This document shows positions 8,011-17,960 of a stretch of 64,000 nucleotides of DNA, piece by piece. The translations under genes and the position numbers were made by a program. The DNA comes from Minisyncoccia bacterium (GTDB lineage: Bacteria > Patescibacteriota > Minisyncoccia > SW-4-49-11). The stretch is taken from positions 2,839 to 66,838 of the forward strand of contig JBIKVS010000001.1 of assembly GCA_044356725.1 (NCBI GenBank), written 5' to 3'. The notes under the pieces are model-generated. The model had not been told where the DNA came from, ran no database searches, and saw only the letters and a program-made list of their open reading frames with translations. Position 1 is the stretch's first letter. Each line of letters starts with the position of its first letter.

Positions 8011-9612
8011 ATGACATATAACCTATTCAGTACGATTGTTATAACAATAAACATAGCATTATTACTTTTGATTTTAGGTGGTAAATCCAAAGGTAGAATC
8101 TTTAGTATAACCATACTGGGGGCAATAATCTGGGCAATAGCTATAAACCTTTTATATTATGATGTAATTTTAAATTCTTATCAAACGACTTCTATATATC
8201 TTATGAGAATATCTTTCTGGGGTGCTCTCATAACAGTCTTAGGTTTAAATTTATTTGAACAGCAATATTTAAGATCTAAAAGTAATAGTATCTTAATATA
8301 CATTATTAGTACACTTATAGCGGGTATTATTTTTATATTTACTCCATTAATAGTAAAAGAAGTTGAGTTAAATGAATCATTCAGTTATATAGTATCATAT
8401 GGACTTTTATATCCATTATTTACAATCTCATTTATATATTTATTTTTAAATCCTTATATCCGGATATTACATAGATTTTTTACAACCAAAAGGAAAGTCG
8501 AAAAATCTCAACTTAGATTTTTTGTAATTGGAATTTCACTTAGTTTTTGGATTGGATTATTTACCAATTTGATTTATCCAGTCATCTTTGGCTCTTCTGA
8601 TTTATCCAGATTTGGACCTTTAGGTATGGTTTTTGTTGGTATATTCACAACTTATGCTATTTTTAAACATCATTTGTTTAATATAAAAATGATTCTATCA
8701 GAAATTCTTTTGGGGGTTATGGGGATTGTATTGTTTATTTATATTTTCCTTTCCCGTAGTTTGACTGAAATTATAGTTAGTATTATATTTTTTATTATTT
8801 TTGTTGTATTGGGATATAATTTGCTGAAAGAATTATTAAGTGGAATTAAAAGAGAAAAAGAGTTGGATATATCGAATAGAAAGTTAGCGGAGACTATAGA
8901 ATCTAAGGATTTGTTTTTGAGAATGACTTCTCATCAACTGAGAACTCCGCTTACCTCTTTAAATGGGTTTTTATCTCTTATTTTAGAGCAATGGCAAGGT
9001 AAATATAAAATGAATGATTATACTAAAGATGATATTGTAAAAGTATATATTAATGTGCAACGATTAGTTGAATTAGTTAATGATGTGCTTGCTCTAAATA
9101 CAATTAAAGCTGGAAGGTTTGGAATTGTATTTAGACCTAATATTGATATTAAAGAGGAATTAAGTTATCTAATTCAAGATAATAAATATATGCTTGAGCA
9201 TTTTAATACTAAAGTTATCATGAAAAGCGTAGGAGAAAACTTTATCGCTGATGTAGATAGTGTTAGAATGAAAAGTGTATTTCAAAATTTATTATCTAAT
9301 GCTATCTATTATGGTAAAGATAAAATTTGGGTTACTTTAATTGATGAGGGGGATCGACTTAGAATCCGTTTTAGGGATAATGGCAATGGTATTGATGTGA
9401 ATATAAGGGACAAAATTTTTAATCCTGGTTTTAGGGCTGGGGTTTATGATGAAAGAAATCCTAATGGTTCTGGTTTTGGATTGTTTATATCAAAAGAAAT
9501 TATTACTATGCATAAAGGTTCATTGAAGTTAAAAGATTCTGGAGTAGATAAGGGCTCGTTATTTGAAATAAAATTACCTAAAAAACCTCCAATTGATAAA
9601 TATAATAACTAA
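8011..9612 (+). CDS. Sensor histidine kinase with an N-terminal multi-TM (7TMR-like) sensor domain.
   Basis: H-box MTSHQLRTPLTSLNGF; HATPase_c motifs DNGNGID and GSGFGLFISKEI. No response regulator is adjacent. Confidence 0.75.
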   Translation: MTYNLFSTIVITINIALLLLILGGKSKGRIFSITILGAIIWAIAINLLYYDVILNSYQTTSIYLMRISFWGALITVLGLNLFEQQYLRSKSNSILIYIISTLIAGIIFIFTPLIVKEVELNESFSYIVSYGLLYPLFTISFIYLFLNPYIRILHRFFTTKRKVEKSQLRFFVIGISLSFWIGLFTNLIYPVIFGSSDLSRFGPLGMVFVGIFTTYAIFKHHLFNIKMILSEILLGVMGIVLFIYIFLSRSLTEIIVSIIFFIIFVVLGYNLLKELLSGIKREKELDISNRKLAETIESKDLFLRMTSHQLRTPLTSLNGFLSLILEQWQGKYKMNDYTKDDIVKVYINVQRLVELVNDVLALNTIKAGRFGIVFRPNIDIKEELSYLIQDNKYMLEHFNTKVIMKSVGENFIADVDSVRMKSVFQNLLSNAIYYGKDKIWVTLIDEGDRLRIRFRDNGNGIDVNIRDKIFNPGFRAGVYDERNPNGSGFGLFISKEIITMHKGSLKLKDSGVDKGSLFEIKLPKKPPIDKYNN

Positions 9613-9667
9613 GAATGATTCTCTCATAGAATATGATATAATAAATAAATACTAATATATATCTAAT

Positions 9668-12379
9668 ATGAAAAAAACTAAAAATTATTATCAGTTATCT
9701 ATTGAAGAAGTTTTATCACTTACAAAATCTAATCTAACTGGACTTATTAGTCAGGAAGTTTTAGATAGAAGGGTAGAATCTGGAGAAAATGTATTATCAA
9801 CTAAGGAAGTAGAATCACCTATTTGGTTGTTTTTAAAACAATTTCATAATGGATTGGTTTATGTGCTTTTACTAGCAGCTATTATATCTGTGATGTTTGA
9901 TCATTGGGTTGATTTTTGGATTATTATTGTGATTATAGTTATTAATTCCATTATTGGATTTTCTCAGGAGTATAGAGCTGAGAGAGCTGTAGCTGCTTTG
10001 GCTAAAAAAATATCTGTTAAGACCAAAGTTTATCGTGATGGGCATCTAGAAGAACATGATGCAAAGGATTTAGTGCAGGGGGATATTATTATATTAGAAG
10101 AAGGAGATAAAGTTCCGGCTGATGCTAGGTTGATTGAGTCTATAGAACTTCAGACTATAGAGGCTTCTCTTACCGGAGAGTCTCAGCCATCGTATAAATC
10201 TATAGATATTATTGCAGAAAATGTAGGGATTGGAGATAGAAGTAACTTAGTTTGGATGGGTACATTAGTATCTACTGGATGGGCCAAAGCTGTAGTAGTA
10301 GAGACTGGAATGAATACAGCTATTGGAGTTATTGCAGATGATTTAGATAAAGTAGAAATTGAAAAGACTCACTTTCATATTCAAACAGATATATTAGCTA
10401 AACAACTTGCTATCTTTGCTTTTAGCTCGGCTGCTATATTATTTGTAATCGGATTTTGGTTTAGAAAATTACCACTAGATGAGATGATTGGCTTTACTTT
10501 ATCCGCTTTGGTTGGAGGCATTCCTGAAAGCTTACCTATAGTATTGATTGTTGTCTTGGCTATTGGGGCTAAGAGAATGAGTGATAAAAAAGCTATTATC
10601 CGTTCTCTGCCAGTGACAGAGTCTTTAGCTGTGATGGACACTATTATTACAGACAAAACTGGGACTTTGACTGAAAACAATATGACAGTACAAAAAATAT
10701 GGGTTCTAGGAGAAGAAATAGTAGATGTGAACGGTAGAGGTCTAGATACTAAAGGAGATTTTAGGCAAGGGTCTAATAATATTATCCCCCTAGATTATCC
10801 CAGTATCTCTAAATTATTACATATAGCAGGGTTAGCTCATAACGGGACTATATATCAGGAAATTTTAGAAGATGGAAGCTCTGTTGTGAAAAGTGTGGGG
10901 GACCCAACCGAGGTAGCTTTATCTGTAGTTTCAATGAAATCTAATCTAAATAAAGATTTACTAGACAGTGATTGGCATCGTTTGGCAGATTTACCTTTTC
11001 GCTCAGAGAATAAATTCAGAGCTACATATCTTCACAATATATCTCAAGATACCCATCAATTAATGGTAATTGGGGCCAGTGAGACATTATTGAATTTAAG
11101 TGATAAAATTTTAGATAAAAAAGGTAATCTTATAAATATAACCAATGAGCATATTCAAGAAATTAATCAACAAATTATAAATTTATCTAAACAAGCAATG
11201 CGAGTAATTGCTCTTGCTTACAAAGATGAGCAAGCAGGTCTCAAATCCATTCAAGCCGAGCAAGTACAAAATTTAGTCTTTGTAGGAATAGTTGGAATTA
11301 TTGATCCGCCTCGAGCTGAGGTGTCAGAAGCTATTGCACAGGCCAAAAGAGCAGGGGTTAGGGTAATTATGGCTACAGGAGATCATAAAGATACCGCTCT
11401 TGCTATTGCTAAATCTATTGGGCTTATTGATGAGACAGGAGATGCTCTTACAGATTCAGAAATTCAAGAATTATCTGATAAAGAATTATATAAACAATTA
11501 CAAAAAATTTCAGTATTAGCTAGATTAAGTCCTAGAACTAAAATGCGAGTGGCAGATATTTTACAAAAACATAAACATATAGTCGCAATGACAGGAGATG
11601 GTGTCAATGATGCCCCGGCTCTTAAAAAAGCGGATATAGGAATAGCTATGGGTATCAGAGGCACCGATGTAGCAAGGGAAGCTAGCGATATTGTACTTAC
11701 AGATGATAACTTTGTAAGTATTATCTCAGCTCTTGAAGAGGGAAGAGTGATATTTAGAAATGTGCAACAAACTAGTATTTTCTTAATTACCACCAGCATT
11801 GCGGAGATTTTATTATTTATATTGAGTTTGAGTTTAGGATTGCCCTTACCACTTTTAGCAATACAAGTTTTGTGTCTTAACTTAGTCACCAATGGAATTT
11901 CAGATATTGCCCTTGCCACTGAACGTAGTCATAAAGGAATTTTGTTAGAAAAACCTTTGCCCGTAAATATGCCCGTAGTCTCACCCAATACCTATCCCTA
12001 TATTATAATAATGACACTGACAATGACAGTTTTAGGTTTCTGGATTTATCTAGCATATTTGGGCAATGGAATAGAGCAGGCAAGAACAATGTTTTTCTTA
12101 TGTTTGGCCTTAATGCAATTAGCTAATACCTATAATATGCGATCTCCAAAAGAATCATTATTTAGTATCGGTTTCTTCTCCAACCCAATGATAAATCTAG
12201 CAGTCATAGCCTCATCTTTGATATTAGTAGCTATGATAATAGTCCCATTCTTACAAAATATTCTACAATTCACCCCCGTTTCTCTATATGATTCCATCTA
12301 TTATGGATTTATCTCAATCGTCGTAGTCATCGCCGTCGCCGAATTTTATAAGTGGCGGGTGAGATTAGAGGGGAAGTAG
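9668..12379 (+). CDS. P-type cation-transporting ATPase (P2-type, Ca/Mg-like).
   Basis: ITDKTGTLT phosphorylation motif; MTGDGVNDAPALKKADIGIAMG hinge; 10 TM helices. Confidence 0.85.
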   Translation: MKKTKNYYQLSIEEVLSLTKSNLTGLISQEVLDRRVESGENVLSTKEVESPIWLFLKQFHNGLVYVLLLAAIISVMFDHWVDFWIIIVIIVINSIIGFSQEYRAERAVAALAKKISVKTKVYRDGHLEEHDAKDLVQGDIIILEEGDKVPADARLIESIELQTIEASLTGESQPSYKSIDIIAENVGIGDRSNLVWMGTLVSTGWAKAVVVETGMNTAIGVIADDLDKVEIEKTHFHIQTDILAKQLAIFAFSSAAILFVIGFWFRKLPLDEMIGFTLSALVGGIPESLPIVLIVVLAIGAKRMSDKKAIIRSLPVTESLAVMDTIITDKTGTLTENNMTVQKIWVLGEEIVDVNGRGLDTKGDFRQGSNNIIPLDYPSISKLLHIAGLAHNGTIYQEILEDGSSVVKSVGDPTEVALSVVSMKSNLNKDLLDSDWHRLADLPFRSENKFRATYLHNISQDTHQLMVIGASETLLNLSDKILDKKGNLINITNEHIQEINQQIINLSKQAMRVIALAYKDEQAGLKSIQAEQVQNLVFVGIVGIIDPPRAEVSEAIAQAKRAGVRVIMATGDHKDTALAIAKSIGLIDETGDALTDSEIQELSDKELYKQLQKISVLARLSPRTKMRVADILQKHKHIVAMTGDGVNDAPALKKADIGIAMGIRGTDVAREASDIVLTDDNFVSIISALEEGRVIFRNVQQTSIFLITTSIAEILLFILSLSLGLPLPLLAIQVLCLNLVTNGISDIALATERSHKGILLEKPLPVNMPVVSPNTYPYIIIMTLTMTVLGFWIYLAYLGNGIEQARTMFFLCLALMQLANTYNMRSPKESLFSIGFFSNPMINLAVIASSLILVAMIIVPFLQNILQFTPVSLYDSIYYGFISIVVVIAVAEFYKWRVRLEGK

Positions 12380-12855
12380 GGTATATGGAAGATAAAGCAC
12401 TGACAATAGATAAAATTATACAAATAATCACCAATAAATATTCTGGTTTAGTAGTTAATAAAAATTGGGGAGAAATAGGTTTATTTTATAATCCTGAGCA
12501 TAAATTAAAAAAAGGAGTCTATTTATTAACTTTTAAGGAAAAAGACGGATCTAATGATAAATCATCTAATCTTAATAGAAATAAAGATCTGTATAGATTA
12601 AACTTAGGTATAATTAAAGAGACATTTATTAAATTATTTGGCTGTATTCCAAGTCGCCCACAAGCAGGAAAAGTCATAGATATGAAATATGATTTTACAT
12701 TAGAAAACACAATTATGCCACATCCAGTATATGGCTGGATGTCTTGGATAGGTGTTATTAACCCTACAGAGTCTACATTCAAAACAATACTCCCACTAAT
12801 AGATGAAGGATATAAACTATGCATACAAAAATATAATAAAAGATTGAGAAAATAG
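12352..12855 (+). CDS. Hypothetical protein; likely start at the internal Met at 12385.
   Basis: ORF only; no family recognised. Confidence 0.35.
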   Translation: MAGEIRGEVGYMEDKALTIDKIIQIITNKYSGLVVNKNWGEIGLFYNPEHKLKKGVYLLTFKEKDGSNDKSSNLNRNKDLYRLNLGIIKETFIKLFGCIPSRPQAGKVIDMKYDFTLENTIMPHPVYGWMSWIGVINPTESTFKTILPLIDEGYKLCIQKYNKRLRK

Positions 12856-12893
12856 ATAGTATGTTATAATATTGATATAGCAAACTAAAAACT

Positions 12894-13217
12894 ATGAAAA
12901 AAGATAATTCAATAATAATATTCAATCAAAAGCTGGTAAGAAGGTCTTGGGACGAAGAAAAAGAACTTTGGTATTTTTCAGTTGTAGATGTAATTGAGAT
13001 TTTAACAGAAAGTATTAGCCCAAGAAAATATTGGAGTGTTCTTAAAACAAGACTAAGAAAGGAAGGAAGTGAGTTGGCTACAAATTGTAGTCAACTGAAA
13101 TTAGAGTCTTACGATGGGAAAAAATATTTAACTGATGTCTTAGATACTGAGAATATTTTGAGACTTATACAATCTATATATTCATCGCTTATGAGTCAAG
13201 TTTATCACTCACGATAA
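12894..13217 (+). CDS. Bro-N / DinD / RhuM-like domain protein.
   Basis: RRSWDEEKELWYFSVVDVIEIL...KYWSVLKTRLRKEGSE...SYDGKKYLTDVLDTENILRLI resembles the phage antirepressor N-terminal family. Confidence 0.4.
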   Translation: MKKDNSIIIFNQKLVRRSWDEEKELWYFSVVDVIEILTESISPRKYWSVLKTRLRKEGSELATNCSQLKLESYDGKKYLTDVLDTENILRLIQSIYSSLMSQVYHSR

Positions 13218-14149
13218 AACAGCTTTATACCGTCATCCAAGTCTTGGATTAAGGGTGTAATTTCTTTTCTCATAATAATTCCATTTCTTCTTGCAATTCC
13301 ATTTTCAAAATTCATCTTTAATATTTGTGATAATAGGTTAGATGTTCCCTCATCAATTATAATAATCGTATTAAAAGCTTTTTCTAGATCTATACAAGTC
13401 AAGAAAATAAAATCCAATGATTTCTCTTTTTTTAGGTCTTTAAGTATTTTTTTTATTTCAATTATATTAAATTTTGTAAAATCATCAACATTAATTATTT
13501 CAAGTTGAGCAATACCCAGACTCAGCCCTTTGAAATTAAATACAACAAATTCATCAGTTATTGGTTCTCTTAGGTTCTTTTTAAACTTAGATTTATATGT
13601 AAACATTTCTTTCACATAGTTTTTAGGAAGAGGGAATTTAGTTTTAAGCCAATTTGCCATTTTTTTATCTCTAGGTGTTGTTGTATTTGCTTTAAAATTT
13701 ATTGTATTTGAAATAATAGCTGAAAAGAGAAGAGCAGCTGATTCAGGAGAAATTCTGACTTGACTATTATAAAATTTTTCTGCAATCAAAGTAGATGCTG
13801 CTCCAACTAAATCTATCTGTATTTTTGCATTAGGAAATTTATTTGCTTCATTGACTTTCCTGTGATCAATAATCTCAATAACTTTATGAGATTGAATTTG
13901 ATCTGACAGATTTTTTATATCACTAGTATCAACTAAGATTATTCTTTCAATATTATTTATAATTTTTTCAGCATTTTCTAATGAAGTAATATTAAACTTA
14001 TCCAAAACAAACTGTGCTTCAATATGAGGCGAGCCAGATATAGCTCCCACTACATCTTTGTAAGTTGCATATAAAAATTCAGTATAAGCATAAGTACAGG
14101 CCACACCGTCTAAATCAGGATTTTTATAAGATGTGATTAAAATTTTCAT
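13205..14149 (-). CDS. DHH-family phosphoesterase, family II (Mn-dependent) inorganic pyrophosphatase-like.
   Basis: N-terminal KILITSYKNPDLDGV; IDHRKV in place of the DHH motif; SAIISNTINFK; C-terminal DHHA2-like RKEITPL. Length 314 aa, as for PpaC. Confidence 0.55.
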   Translation of the reverse strand: MKILITSYKNPDLDGVACTYAYTEFLYATYKDVVGAISGSPHIEAQFVLDKFNITSLENAEKIINNIERIILVDTSDIKNLSDQIQSHKVIEIIDHRKVNEANKFPNAKIQIDLVGAASTLIAEKFYNSQVRISPESAALLFSAIISNTINFKANTTTPRDKKMANWLKTKFPLPKNYVKEMFTYKSKFKKNLREPITDEFVVFNFKGLSLGIAQLEIINVDDFTKFNIIEIKKILKDLKKEKSLDFIFLTCIDLEKAFNTIIIIDEGTSNLLSQILKMNFENGIARRNGIIMRKEITPLIQDLDDGIKLFYRE

Positions 14150-14860
14150 TTAAAGTATTATATTACTTAAGTTTATAGTATCGAAATTATATAATAACTT
14201 TTCTTTTATATTATAAAAAGAGTTGGAAAATTCAGCTTTTATCTTGCTAGGTAATAATTTATTTTGATAAACATACACATCACTATAAATATAATTTCCT
14301 GGATAACATAGTAGTCTCCATCCACTAGAATTAGATAATGTATGTGGAAACTCTATTAAATTTTGCCTCATTAAGTATGTGACAGTAATTTCTTCAAGTA
14401 AAAAGTTTATATTTGCTTCAGTTTTTTCTCTACTACCAAGATCAGCAATTATATATTTAGTAAATTCTTCATTTGAATTTTTAAGAACTTTCAATTTGTC
14501 TAATAGTTCTTTATATTTTGTAGCATTTAATAGTACATAATCCCATGGTAAATAATGAAATGCTTGAGGTATAAATTTTTTGTTTTTGATTATCATATTT
14601 CGAAGTTCCCTAGTATGTCCAATCATTTGAAAGTTAGTTTTTTGTCTAACATCTAAAGCATTCTCATCAGTATTAAAATATAATCCATTTGTATACAAAA
14701 ATACAACATCTATTGATATTTCAGAAATTTTAGAACTAAAAAAATCTAAAAATTTATATATTTCAATAGGACTTTGATCGCTATGTAATTTACTCATGGA
14801 TAGCGGTAAAATTAATGTACCATTGGGCTTTAATCTTTGTATATCAAAATAGTTTTTCAT
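14150..14860 (-). CDS. Hypothetical protein, 236 aa, in an operon with the DHH gene (0-nt gap).
   Basis: ORF only; no family recognised. Confidence 0.4.
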   Translation of the reverse strand: MKNYFDIQRLKPNGTLILPLSMSKLHSDQSPIEIYKFLDFFSSKISEISIDVVFLYTNGLYFNTDENALDVRQKTNFQMIGHTRELRNMIIKNKKFIPQAFHYLPWDYVLLNATKYKELLDKLKVLKNSNEEFTKYIIADLGSREKTEANINFLLEEITVTYLMRQNLIEFPHTLSNSSGWRLLCYPGNYIYSDVYVYQNKLLPSKIKAEFSNSFYNIKEKLLYNFDTINLSNIIL

Positions 14861-14948
14861 ATAATATATAGGTTAACTAGCTAATTATTGAGTTAATTAT
14901 ACCATAATTATAACATATTATTAAAACTGATATAAATCCTTACCCATA

Positions 14949-14977
14949 ACTATTGACAGTAATTGACAATAGTTATA
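14949..14977 (+). promoter_or_regulatory. Imperfect palindrome AACTATTGACAGTAATTGACAATAGTT containing two TTGACA boxes, overlapping the promoter of the lectin gene.
   Basis: Inverted repeat AACTATTG/CAATAGTT; the same AACTATTGACA motif occurs upstream of 7157. Confidence 0.4.
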
Positions 14978-15006
14978 CTATAAAATAGTAGTGTTAAAAT
15001 AAATAT

Positions 15007-16785
15007 ATGAATACTAATCAAACATGGTCTGGAAAAAAGTCTTTTTTATTTGTGGCTTCATTAGCCACATTTTTTATTTATGATGCCTATGCTTTGGCTA
15101 ATTCTAATAATAGTCAAGGACTAAATGAATATATAGACCCTAGTCAAAATCCTAGGTATTCTCAAGTGTATAATGAAATTAACTTTACAGGAGATGGAAT
15201 TACCAAAGAAGAATTAGATGGTATCAATAGCCTTATAAACTTAAAAGAAAATTCTATTGAAGAGCCTATGGCTGTGGTAGGTGAGGAATTAGTCCCCATC
15301 TCTAAATTAAAAGTCGGAGCTAAAATCAAAAGCCTAACCTATAACAGTAGTTCTGAGGATACAAAAATACTAGAGTTAAATTATTATAGAGGCAAAGATG
15401 AACATTTAGAAAATAAAAAAGCCAAGAGAAAAGAATTAAAGGATAAAAAACTCAAAGAATATGAGCAAGCTTTGGCTACATTAGATGCTGAGATTAATTC
15501 ACAAGAACAACGACTACAGAAAAATAAAACCAACTGGGATAAAAAAGCTAAAAAACAAAAAGCTCAAGTAGAGAAATTAAAATCTAAAACTCAAACAGCC
15601 ATTAGCAATAGCAATAAAGAAATAATGGATATTCTATACCCTAGTAAAGAGAGTATAGATAAACTTAATTCTGAAATTTTGGAGGAGAGGAGAATTATAA
15701 ATGAGTTGGGATTAGATAAAATTTGGAAAAGAAAAGAATTAAAGCAAAATATATTTAGTTACCTATTGCCACAAGTTAAAGCAAGTTATCTTAATAATTT
15801 TGTATCTGACCTTATAATATATACTAGATCTAATATAGGTCTAAGAATAGACTTAAAGGGCAATGGTGTGTATAATGGAAATACATTTCATCTATGGACA
15901 GCTAATGGTAGCAATGCTCAAAAGTTAAAATTTATAGATAGTAGTGGAGAAATAAAATACGCTCAAAATCAAGGGTTTTGTTTAGATGTAGATTTGGCTA
16001 ATGGCAGATACGATAATGGAGACAGAGTGCATCTCTGGAATTGTCATGGAGGAGGTAATCAAAAATGGGTAGCTTTTCCTAATGGAGATATAAAACCAGC
16101 AAATAATCAAAACTACTGTTTAGATGCTAGTGCTGGGGTAAATCAAGGTAGTACACTACATCTTTGGAGTTGTCATGGAGGAAATAATCAAAAATTTCAA
16201 ATTGGAGAAGAGGATTTTGGTAAATTTGATTACTACATAAGATTACATGCCTCAACTGCTGAATATACTCAAAATAGGCTAAATGGACATGCTTTTGTAT
16301 CATTGCCGAAATTAGAAAAATCTAATAATTACTGGAGAAGTACTAATACATTTAGTTTTTGGAACACCAGAGATAGTAATAATAGCAATGATATGGGGAG
16401 AACTAATAATATGCATCCTAGAATAAACTACAATGGTAATTTCTCATCTCTAAATGTTGACCATCATAATGACTGGTTTAATGGAGACATGAATCTAAAT
16501 CATTTAGGTGGTGAGTTTGGAGGATATAAAAGAACTACCTCTGGTATACCAAAACAAAGATTTGAAGAGATTAAATATATGAGAGGATACAATATATATG
16601 GGTATACAGATAAAAAGTATGATGTATGTAAAGCTAACTGTGCTACATATTCTGTCGATTTATATAATTACTATAATAAAGGTACAGATCGTGGCGACTC
16701 ATATAACGATCCTGATTTTAATGCATGGGGTAATGGTATATTAGGTACTTGTACTTATCCTGGTAATATTTATAAAGCCTTATAA
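15007..16785 (+). CDS. Secreted multidomain protein: signal peptide, K/E-rich coiled coil, ricin-B lectin (beta-trefoil) domain with three QxW repeats, and an unknown C-terminal domain of about 200 aa.
   Basis: Three QxW repeats: HLWTANGSNAQKLKF, HLWNCHGGGNQKWVA and HLWSCHGGNNQKFQI. N-terminal hydrophobic signal sequence. Confidence 0.6.
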   Translation: MNTNQTWSGKKSFLFVASLATFFIYDAYALANSNNSQGLNEYIDPSQNPRYSQVYNEINFTGDGITKEELDGINSLINLKENSIEEPMAVVGEELVPISKLKVGAKIKSLTYNSSSEDTKILELNYYRGKDEHLENKKAKRKELKDKKLKEYEQALATLDAEINSQEQRLQKNKTNWDKKAKKQKAQVEKLKSKTQTAISNSNKEIMDILYPSKESIDKLNSEILEERRIINELGLDKIWKRKELKQNIFSYLLPQVKASYLNNFVSDLIIYTRSNIGLRIDLKGNGVYNGNTFHLWTANGSNAQKLKFIDSSGEIKYAQNQGFCLDVDLANGRYDNGDRVHLWNCHGGGNQKWVAFPNGDIKPANNQNYCLDASAGVNQGSTLHLWSCHGGNNQKFQIGEEDFGKFDYYIRLHASTAEYTQNRLNGHAFVSLPKLEKSNNYWRSTNTFSFWNTRDSNNSNDMGRTNNMHPRINYNGNFSSLNVDHHNDWFNGDMNLNHLGGEFGGYKRTTSGIPKQRFEEIKYMRGYNIYGYTDKKYDVCKANCATYSVDLYNYYNKGTDRGDSYNDPDFNAWGNGILGTCTYPGNIYKAL

Positions 16786-16795
16786 TGTAAACTAT

Positions 16796-17200
16796 ATGAT
16801 AATTATATATAAAATAATAAGTTCAATACTTTTGTTGCTGACCTTAATAAATTCTGAAATAATCTTCAATTCTTCAGTGTTAGGCTACGAAATAGATATG
16901 GGGTTGGCTTATATAGCTGCGGGAATGTTTTGGTTTTGTTTTATTGTAGTTTTGATAATAGACCTAATTTTAAAATTACAAGGATATAAATTAGTATTAT
17001 TCAAAATTAATTATGTATTAATATTTCTTTTTATAATATTTCTTATAATTAACCTCATATACAATCCTATCAACCCAACTAATTATAGATATGAACCTGC
17101 GACTTGGTATGTAATTACAGAATTGATATACAACATAGGTTTTTATGGCTTAATAATAGTTAAATCTATATATTCGATATTTTTTCAGATAAGAAAATAG
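16796..17200 (+). CDS. Small polytopic membrane protein (4 TM) immediately downstream of the lectin gene.
   Basis: Hydrophobic 134-aa ORF. Confidence 0.4.
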   Translation: MIIIYKIISSILLLLTLINSEIIFNSSVLGYEIDMGLAYIAAGMFWFCFIVVLIIDLILKLQGYKLVLFKINYVLIFLFIIFLIINLIYNPINPTNYRYEPATWYVITELIYNIGFYGLIIVKSIYSIFFQIRK

Positions 17201-17305
17201 TATTGTGGATCCAGTTAAGTAAATCTAGGATAAACATATCGTAGAAAGATATATATTAATACAAAATATGCTATAATAACTACAATTATTAAATTCTCAA
17301 AACCT

Positions 17306-17908
17306 ATGAAAGGAATAGTTTATATAATGACAACCGTAGTCGATGGGCTTATCAAAATAGGGCAGACAGGAAGTCAGAACTATCAAGAGCGGATGAGACA
17401 TCTTGAGTCAAATGGATACTATAATGTCTCAGGATTAAAGAGATTTTTTGCAATTGAACTAGAAGATTATATTTACAAAGAAAATCTACTCAAAGAAATT
17501 TTCAATAAGCATAGAGTAGCAGATAGTGAGCTATTCGCCCTAGACTATGATTTGGTAAGGCAATTATTACTATCTTTTGAAGGCAAAGTAATATATCCAA
17601 AAGACATAGACAAAGAAAAAGAATTTGATGAAGTAGCAAAATCCAGAGAACAAAGTGCAAAATTTAGTTTTTATAAAAAAGGCATTCAAAATGGAGAAGA
17701 AATTGTCTTTATCGCCGACAAAGACATAACAGCAAAAGTAGTAGGGGAAAGAGATGTAGAATATGGAGGACAAATTTATAAACTATCCCCATTAACCCTC
17801 AAAATATACCAACAAAAAGGCAATAGTAATAAAAGTGGAGCCTATCAAGGAGCAGCCTATTGGCAATATAAAGGAAAGAAATTAAAAGATTTACCGGATA
17901 GGGGGTAG
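17306..17908 (+). CDS. T5orf172 (GIY-YIG-like) domain protein with a C-terminal DUF4357-like region.
   Basis: GIVYIMTTVVDGLIKIGQTGSQNYQERMRHLESNG...FFAIELEDY matches the T5orf172 pattern. C-terminal AYWQYKGKKLKDL resembles DUF4357. Confidence 0.55.
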   Translation: MKGIVYIMTTVVDGLIKIGQTGSQNYQERMRHLESNGYYNVSGLKRFFAIELEDYIYKENLLKEIFNKHRVADSELFALDYDLVRQLLLSFEGKVIYPKDIDKEKEFDEVAKSREQSAKFSFYKKGIQNGEEIVFIADKDITAKVVGERDVEYGGQIYKLSPLTLKIYQQKGNSNKSGAYQGAAYWQYKGKKLKDLPDRG

Positions 17909-17960
17909 GGAGTTTGGATTTTATAAAAAAAATTATAAAGACAGATGAGAGGCTTGTAAT

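Noticed and set aside
14150-14860. Cyclodipeptide synthase (CDPS) for the 236-aa protein, considered because of its size and an N-terminal LILPLSMS stretch
   Set aside because: The conserved CDPS G-x-S pocket motif and the Y...E catalytic pair spacing are not present. The idea was dropped.
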